DNA from: Mobula hypostoma
Taxonomy: Eukaryota
Assembly: GCF_963921235.1 (NCBI RefSeq)
Contig: NC_086109.1
Span: forward strand, 11,656,001 to 11,720,000
DNA: 64,000 bases
Reading direction: 5' to 3'
Part shown: piece after piece, positions 59,301 through 64,000 of the stretch
Position numbering within the stretch: position 1 is the stretch's first letter
Layout: every line of letters starts with the position of its first letter
Program-made: the position numbers and the translations under genes
Notes under the pieces: generated by a model
Database searches by the model: none
Seen by the model: the letters and a program-made list of their open reading frames with translations, nothing else
Told to the model about the DNA's origin: nothing

Positions 59301-61978
59301 GCTGGTGAACGCAGCAGGCCAGGCAGCATCTCTAGGAAGAGGTACAGTTGACGTTTCGGGCCGAGATCCTTCCAAAGGGTCCTGACGAAGGGTCTCGGCC
59401 TAAAACGTCGACTGTACCTCTTCCTAGAGATGCTGCCTGGCCTGCTGCATTCACCAGCAACTTTTATGTGTGTTGCTTGAAATTCCAGCATCTGCAGATT
59501 TCCTCGTGTTTGCATGACTATGGTAACATTGCCCTTTTGACATGCATTTTCTATCTCTTGTTGTAATTTGTAGACTACTACTGTTCAGAGGTCTGTTTAT
59601 AACTCCTATCAGGGTCTTTCTACCCTTGCATTTTCTTAGCTCTACCCACAACGATTCTACACCTTCTGATCCCATGTCACCTCTTTTTAATGATTTGATT
59701 TTACTTATTACCAATAGAGCCTCCCCACCCCCTTGCCCTACCTGCTTGTCCTTTTGATCTCCCGTCTGAATGTTCCCTGCTATTCATAGAGTCATTGTGT
59801 TTTAGAAAGTTACTTTGTGGAATCAAGTCTTTTAGGACCACAGAGTCCACGGCAACTATCAAACACCTAATTGCACTATTCCTTCCCATCTTCTGATCAG
59901 CTGTGTCCTCCCTCACCCCATTGCCTCACCTGTTACTCACCTGCCAAATAAATACAGTGGCCAATTAATCTACAAAACCTGTACACCTTTGGGATATTAG
60001 AAGACTAAGGAAACCCACATAGTTGTAGGAAAAATGTGCAAACTCCACAGAGACAAGATGGAAGTCAGGTCATTGGAGCAACAAGGCAGCAGCTTTGCTA
60101 ACTGTTCCAATGTGCTCTTACAATTAATGTAGTGAGATAGTCCCAACCATTATACGTGAATTCACACATCAGATTAGTAAAATTGAGAACAATGCAATCT
60201 TTCTACATTTGTCCTTTAACATGACAGTAGTACATTTAAATGAACTATAATTTGTTCATTCATTATGTGCCATATCGTATGATTGTTCTTGGCAAATTTT
60301 TTGTACATAAGTTGTTTGCCTTTGCCTTTGTCTGGGCAGCGTCCTTACAAGATGGGTGATCCCAGCCAATATCAATAGTCTTTAGAGTTTGACTGCCTGG
60401 GCATCAGTGGTTGCATTACCAGGACTTGTGATAGGTACCTGCTGCTTGTATGACCATCCACCACCTGCTACCATGGCTTCATGTGATCCTCATCTGGGGG
60501 CTAAGCAGATACTACACCTTGCGCAAGGGTGAGCTGTAGGCTAGCAGAGGGAAGGAGTGCTTTCTACCTCTTTTGGTAGAGACTTTTCTCCATGTCTCCA
60601 CCCAAGAGCTGTTATTACTTATTTTAAAGAAGCTCCTGTGCAGAAGGCATATATCCAGCTCTACTTCTCAGAATTCCTCCCTTCCTTTTACATGCTGGCT
60701 AAAAAAAATCCTTGAAGTTTCTTCCAAAAACATTGAATTTTAACTCAAAATAGGTATCTAAATTTGCAGCAACACACATAAAAGCTGCTGGTGAACGCAG
60801 CAGGCCAGGCAGCATCTATAGGAAGAAGTACAGTCGACGTTTCGGCCCGAGACCCTTCGTCAGGACTAACTGAAAGAAGATCTCCCCCTCCCCCTCCCAC
60901 TTTCAAATCTCTTACTAGCTCTTCTTTCGGTTAGTCCTGACGAAGGGTGTCGGTCCAAAATGTCGACCATACCTCTTCCTATAGATGCTGCCTGGCCTTC
61001 TGCGTTCACCAGCAACTTTTATGTATGTTGCTTGAAATTCCAGCATCTGCAGATTTCCTCATGTTTGCGTATCTAAATTTGCAATTGTTTAGAAAAATGG
61101 CAGTAAGCCAGCAAAGTATTGCTTATTTATAACCATTTAATCAATCCCTTCTCTAAATTAGAGTGCTGCCCTATTGTTAGGGTGTATTCTGGAATGATGC
61201 AATATAGCAAATATTAATTTCATTAGCAACCAGACTTCAGATCTGAATGTGGACTGTAGATTGAATTTAAAATGCAGTTGAGAACAATGGTCTTCCTGGA
61301 GATACAGACTGAGGTTAATTGCAAACCAGGAAACACCCATTCACCTGAGATGAATGCATATGCCTAAATATAGCGCAGAATGACACTCATTTTGGGCATG
61401 TTGTTGTGAAGATCTAGGTATCTGAAACTGTGTACAACTCAAAGGAAGCATTATGAATGCATTGTCACCAGAGAAATTCTGCTGTTGTTACCTTTGTTCT
61501 TTAACATGTAAAATATGATCTAATGTTGGTTCAAGAGGCCTCTTCCAAGAATGTCTCCTGTATAATGCCTGCTTGTTTTGCTCAATAAAAACTTCTATGT
61601 CCACGAGCTTCAATGTGACTCCGGAGACTTCATTCACAGTCACAACGCTCATCTTACCTTCTGTAATATTCAAGTGTAACTCAGCCATTTTGTCAAAACC
61701 GAAGCTTGTAATACCACACCAGTAATGCCCTGTGTCCCTGATTGTTAGTTGGGTCATGGTAATGAAAAGTTCTGCAGTGGTTTGGTTGTCCATAATTGTG
61801 ATTCTTTTGTCTGTGCCATCCTGCTGGTTGTTTGAACGGGCAATAACACTGCACGATCTCCAGCTGGACCCCTTGCACAAGTACTTTGCGTAGTTTTTGT
61901 AATAGGCATGATACTGGCATCTTATGGTGACCGTTTCTCCTACCGTTCCAAATACTTGCTTTGGCCCGGTTATACCAG
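35171..61978 (-). CDS. Gene B: CD300/CMRF35-like single Ig-V type I receptor, 5'-partial model (leader exon not found in window)
   Basis: Exons 61978-61658, 55538-55472, 51687-51593, 35882-35827 and 35371-35171. All are GT-AG with phases 1,2,1,0. Order is V domain, Pro/Thr stalk, uncharged TM, long tail. The two tail exons lie ~15.7 kb from the TM exon and are less certain. Confidence 0.7.
35827..35882 (-). CDS. Gene B cytoplasmic exon (probable)
   Basis: Acceptor catgcttag| and consensus donor GGG|gtaagt; reads (G)EKGFRYIGEETNSVTTSG, phase 1 to 0, bridging the TM exon and the terminal exon. Confidence 0.6.
35953..36491 (+). mobile_element. Non-autonomous Tc1/mariner element with a truncated transposase N-terminus
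   Basis: TA on both sides; imperfect TIRs (cacccagtggccattttattag / ctaataaaatgaacaccaaatgtg). It encodes MGKKCDLSDFDCEMIVGARQGGLGISETADLLGFS... (paired-like DNA-binding domain). Confidence 0.85.
37025..37170 (+). repeat. DeuSINE (SacSINE1-like) 5' fragment
   Basis: B-box gggttcgaatcccac followed by tgagcacaaagatcttgcctgacaattcagtg. A Deu-domain-like fragment also occurs at ~30005-30065. Confidence 0.5.
38431..38725 (+). mobile_element. V-SINE (HE1-like)
   Basis: tRNA-like head, V-core ggtttcttccaggtggtccagtttcctccca..tccaaagac and CR1-like tail. Related copies lie at ~24600-24800(-), ~31060-31240(-), ~34480-34700(+), ~34920-35085(+), ~37960-38200(-) and ~59830-60110(-). Confidence 0.8.
38789..39309. 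mobile_element. Tigger/pogo-type MITE
   Basis: TA TSDs at 38787-38788 and 39310-39311; imperfect TIRs ctggtcccccgctttacg and ...gggggaacctg. Confidence 0.75.
39926..40490 (-). mobile_element. Rex1/Babar-like LINE 3' end with a (TCTAA)n tail
   Basis: ORF 40126..40323 (KKASHPNHGLFTLLPSNRRYRSLRSHTSRHRKSFFP); tail atagattagattagattagattagatt on the plus strand. Confidence 0.8.
40820..41310 (+). mobile_element. Degenerate CR1 3' fragments
   Basis: ORF 40965..41315 ([18 protein letters not shown]...RGHAFKV). Confidence 0.7.
41878..42600 (-). mobile_element. CR1 3' fragment, little diverged
   Basis: ORF 42023..42550 (RPHVEYCVQCWSP...RGHSLRIRG); tail ggcctactcctgcacctattgtctattg. Confidence 0.9.
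42660..49660 (-). mobile_element. Rex1/Babar-like LINE split by the L1 insertion (42660-43893 and 48635-49660)
   Basis: EN relics (LPSILLTNAHS..., TRGPNIPDHCYT) at 48900-49600 and RT relics (MMNCFERLV, FINYSSAFNTI) at 42836-43724. The sequence is continuous across the TSD (...gagatttga|aatttgctgagggc). Confidence 0.8.
43894..48634 (-). mobile_element. L1-clade LINE, 4741 bp, 5' end present, ORF1 mostly deleted, ORF2 near intact
   Basis: 9-bp TSD tcaaatctc at 43885-43893 and 48635-48643. 5' end cgggacttccggtagtgctcatggag; AATAAA plus an A-rich tail at the 3' end. ORF2 = EN (47401..48030) + linker (47202..47444) + RT/Cys domain (44252..47233; GTRQGCPLSP, YADD, CDRC-x8-H-x4-C). Confidence 0.95.
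50950..51235 (+). mobile_element. V-SINE (HE1-like)
   Basis: A-box gtagtgtagtggtcagcgc, B-box-like gagttcaactcc, V-core gggttttctccaagtcgtccggttttgtcccacagtccaaagac. Confidence 0.8.
51593..51687 (-). CDS. Gene B transmembrane exon (uncharged)
   Basis: Acceptor ttttctctcctatag| and donor GTGG|gtaagt; reads TTNLSVSLGIMFGIVIIAAVFIIRYRKYSAV, phase 2 to 1. It lies inside ORF 51555..51779. Confidence 0.85.
52030..54570 (-). mobile_element. Young 5'-truncated CR1 LINE with a 779-aa open ORF2 segment
   Basis: ORF 52164..54503 (end of EN, RT with YMDFSKAFD, VPQGS and FADD). It nearly matches 1-1470 and lies in the stalk-TM intron of gene B. Confidence 0.95.
55472..55538 (-). CDS. Gene B stalk exon
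   Basis: Acceptor gtttttccag| and donor CAAAG|gtaatg; reads (A)LTTPSPTLPYEVQGTVQPPSQ(S), phase 1 to 2. Confidence 0.75.
55605..55790 (-). mobile_element. Penelope pLTR fragment
   Basis: ctgcagatgctggaaatccaaagcaacgcacacaaaatgccggaggaactcagcaggtcaggcagcatc... Similar pieces lie at ~32450-32530 and ~34760-34865. Confidence 0.65.
57403..59760 (-). mobile_element. Degenerate CR1 LINE (EN-RT relics with deletions)
   Basis: ORFs 59451..59714, 58536..58766 (VCLDFQKAFNKV) and 57688..58170; tail ctgctcctatgtcttatggtct. Confidence 0.85.
59286..59513. mobile_element. Penelope-derived hairpin (inverted pLTR) element, 228 bp, 15-bp TSD
   Basis: TSD atgactatggtaaca at 59271-59285 and 59514-59528. It has ~88-nt inverted arms and a mutated hammerhead core at 59379-59412, and it interrupts a CR1. 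Confidence 0.85.
60769..61068. mobile_element. Penelope-derived hairpin (inverted pLTR) element, 300 bp, 15-bp TSD
   Basis: TSD gtatctaaatttgca at 60754-60768 and 61069-61083. It has ~110-nt inverted arms around a ~40-nt spacer, and belongs to the same family as 59286-59513. Confidence 0.85.
60833..60866 (-). ncRNA. Minimal type I hammerhead ribozyme motif (Penelope-type)
   Basis: The minus strand reads GUC CUGACGA A GGGUCUCGGGCC GAAA C GUC GAC: stem I GUC/GAC, intact CUGANGA and GAAA, minimal palindromic stem III, GUC cleavage triplet. One stem II pair deviates from GGG/CCC. Activity is not shown. Confidence 0.6.
61658..61978 (-). CDS. Gene B Ig V exon
   Basis: Lies inside ORF 61488..62216. 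Acceptor cttgcag|, donor GAAG|gtaaga. Reads GITGPKQVFGTVGETVTIRCQYHAYYKNYAKYLCKGSSWRSCSVIARS...DTGHYWCGITSFGFDKMAELHLNITE. Confidence 0.93.
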
Positions 61979-62470
61979 CTGCAAGTAAAAGAGCACATTT
62001 TAATATTTTTTGCTTGGTTTTAATTGCCACATATACCAAGAAACAGTTAAAAACTTGTCTTGCGTAATACAAGTCTAATCTACACAGTGCTTTGAGGTAG
62101 AATGAGGTAAAGCAATAACAATGCAGAATAAATTGGAAAAACCACTGAAAATTGCTGTGCAGGTGAATGATAAAGTGCAAGATCGTAACAAGATAGCTGC
62201 GAGGCCAAGAGTCCATTGTACTTTACAAGAGATCTGCTCAAGAATCTGAAAATAATTTGAGTGCAGTTCCTTAGACACTGTGCTAAGAAACTGGAGCTGG
62301 AGTGTGATGACTTCCGGTTCATATGGAAGAATGAAAAAGTGATGGGTAGGAGCTACAGGAAGGTAGTGACCCTAAGTTGCAGAAGGGAGATACCTGGGTG
62401 ACTGCCAGGAGAGGAAAATAGAATACGAGTCAGTACAGAGTGTCCCCATGGCCGTTCCCCTCAATAATAA

Positions 62471-63112
62471 ATGTAATGTATGGACCTATTCCTTTTAGAG
62501 CAATGACTCCCTTTAGCACTAGGTATGGACTGTCTCTGCATGCATATTGATCTGTGTCTATGCATGTATATTGATCTGTGTCTATGCATGTATATTGATC
62601 TGTGTCTATGCATGTATACTGATCCGTTGTCTACGCATGCACATTGACCTGTTGGCTATGCATGCGTATTGTTCCATCTCTCTCACTGCAATGCGAATAC
62701 ACCAGTTAAAGCCATCTCCCATATACGTGCTTTTATTTACTTGATGTGCAGTTGCAAAGGCACAACGAGTTGGCAATGTGTATGAACCTGAATGTCAGAA
62801 AATATCTTGAACTGCACTGACAGTTACAGGACGAGACAGTGAGAGGAGAGAGTTAAACAGTACAGAGAAGGCTGCCACAGACACTAACAAAGGGTCGCGT
62901 GAGTAGCTGCGTAGAACACAGTGAAACACAGCAATAGCTTTAGTCAAAATTTAATAGTGCTACTGAAAGCTGGAGGTCATATATTGAGAGGGTTGAACTG
63001 TATTGTAAGGCAAATGATGTGGATGAGCAAAAAAATAGTCCCAGGCTTCTTAGCTTAATGGGTGCTAGGACATACAGTCTCTTGTGCAACCTAGTAACCC
63101 TTAAAAAACCAG
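62471..63112 (+). mobile_element. Gypsy/Ty3 LTR retrotransposon 5' fragment (LTR, degenerate PBS, gag N-terminus)
   Basis: It starts TGTAATGTA and the LTR ends near ...gcacaac (~62767), followed by tggcaa. Then FNSATESWRSYIERVELYCKANDVDEQ...LLSLMGARTYSLLCNLV at ~62950-63100. Confidence 0.7.
62537..62675. repeat. 24-bp tandem repeat (about 6 copies) inside the Gypsy LTR
   Basis: Unit atgcatgtatattgatctgtgtct: three near-perfect copies, then degenerate ones. Confidence 0.9.
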
Positions 63113-64000
63113 TCAGCTGGCTCTGTGGCTCAGAAGGGAAGAGTGGAAAAGAAAAGTGCAACAGTGATAGGGGTTTCCATAGTTAGAGGGGTAGGCACAA
63201 GATTCTATGGACACGCTTCAGATACCTGAATGGTAGGTTGCCTATCAGATGCCAGGGTCAGAGATCTTGGATTGGGTCCACACCATTCTAAAAGGGGAGG
63301 GTGAGCAGCTAGAAGTCGTGGTACATATTGGTACCAACAACACAATTGGAAAAGGAAGGAGATTCTGAAGAGAGGATATAGGGAGCTTGGAAGAAAGCTG
63401 AAAAGCAGGACCTCCAGGCATAATCTCTGGATTGCTGCCTGTGCCACAAGCCAATGGAGATAAGAATAGGGTGACTTGGCAGATGAATGCGTGGCTGAGC
63501 AATTTGTTCAGGGGCAGCATCTCTGAGTTCTCTTCTGGAGCAAGTGTGACCTGCAGAAAAAGGACAGTTTACACCTGAACCCAAGGGGGACCAATATCCT
63601 TGCAGGCAGGTTTGCTACTGCTGTTGGGAGGGCTTAAACTAATTTGACAGAGAGATGGGAACCAGAGGATGGGGAAGTTGGTATATAAGCGGATGCAGTG
63701 TGTGGTGTTACTGTAAAGAAGTGCAGGCAGATGATAGGGCAAAGTTGAAGTGTAACATGGGAGCAAAATCTAACAGGGTGATGAACACAGGACTGAAGGT
63801 GTTATATTTCATTGCGTGCAATTTATGGAATAAGACAGATGATCTTGTAGTGCTGCTAGAGATTGCCAGGTACAACATTGTGGGCATCACTGAGCCGTGG
63901 CTAAAAGAAGATCCTAGCTGGGAGCTTAACATCTAAGGATTCATATCGTATCGAAAGGACAATTAGGCAGAGGGGTTGGGTGGCCGGGTTGGTAAAAAAA

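Larger units (their letters stand above)
62280..64000 (+). mobile_element. Degenerate CR1 LINE 5' part (esterase ORF1 and start of ORF2), interrupted at 62471-63112; runs off the window end
   Basis: ELECDDFRFIWKNEKVMGRSYRKVV...VPMAVPLNNK lies before the break. VIGVSIVRG, HIGTN and LHLNPRG lie after it. ORF 63655..63936 gives the EN start (YFIACNLWNK...GITEPWL). Confidence 0.8.

Noticed and set aside
62080-62322. Hydrophobic ORF end (FSVVFPIYSALLLLYLILPQSTV) as the gene B leader exon
   Set aside because: There is no phase-1 GT donor or suitable ATG. Gene A intron 1 is 12 kb, so the leader is more likely beyond position 64000.
62537-62675. 24-bp repeats as a CRISPR-like array or coding repeat (ICVYACIL)n
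   Set aside because: The units are contiguous with no spacers, the context is eukaryotic, and the array lies inside an LTR.

Overview
Repeat-dense vertebrate genomic DNA, most likely from a cartilaginous fish such as a ray. This is inferred from the HE1/V-SINE-type, DeuSINE-type and CR1 repeats and from the receptor sequences; it is not proven. The only host genes I can support are two tandem minus-strand genes for single-V-domain CD300/CMRF35-like (pIgR-like family) immune receptors, which I assembled by hand from splice sites and phases. Gene A is complete: 5 exons, 34044->5079, 219 aa, with an Arg at the start of the transmembrane helix and a short tail, so activating-type. Gene B lacks its leader exon, which probably lies beyond the window: 5 exons seen, 61978->35171, uncharged TM, ~90-aa tail with no canonical ITIM. 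Almost everything else is transposable-element derived: many CR1 LINEs (three with SGNH-esterase ORF1), an R4/Dong-type RLE retrotransposon relic, an L1 with deleted ORF1 but near-intact ORF2, Rex1/Babar and RTE fragments, Penelope-derived hairpin elements with hammerhead cores, SINEs, Tc1 and Tigger-type MITEs, and Gypsy/LTR pieces. The best second-look items are: the paired-receptor architecture; an unclassified, highly structured 188-bp insertion with a 10-bp duplication at 28931-29118; a 413-bp element headed by an HDV-like ribozyme fold at 4132-4544; and two hammerhead-bearing hairpin elements, each with a 15-bp TSD. I found no rRNA, true tRNA or CRISPR features. TE boundaries without a stated TSD are approximate, and family names come from motif recognition, not database searches.
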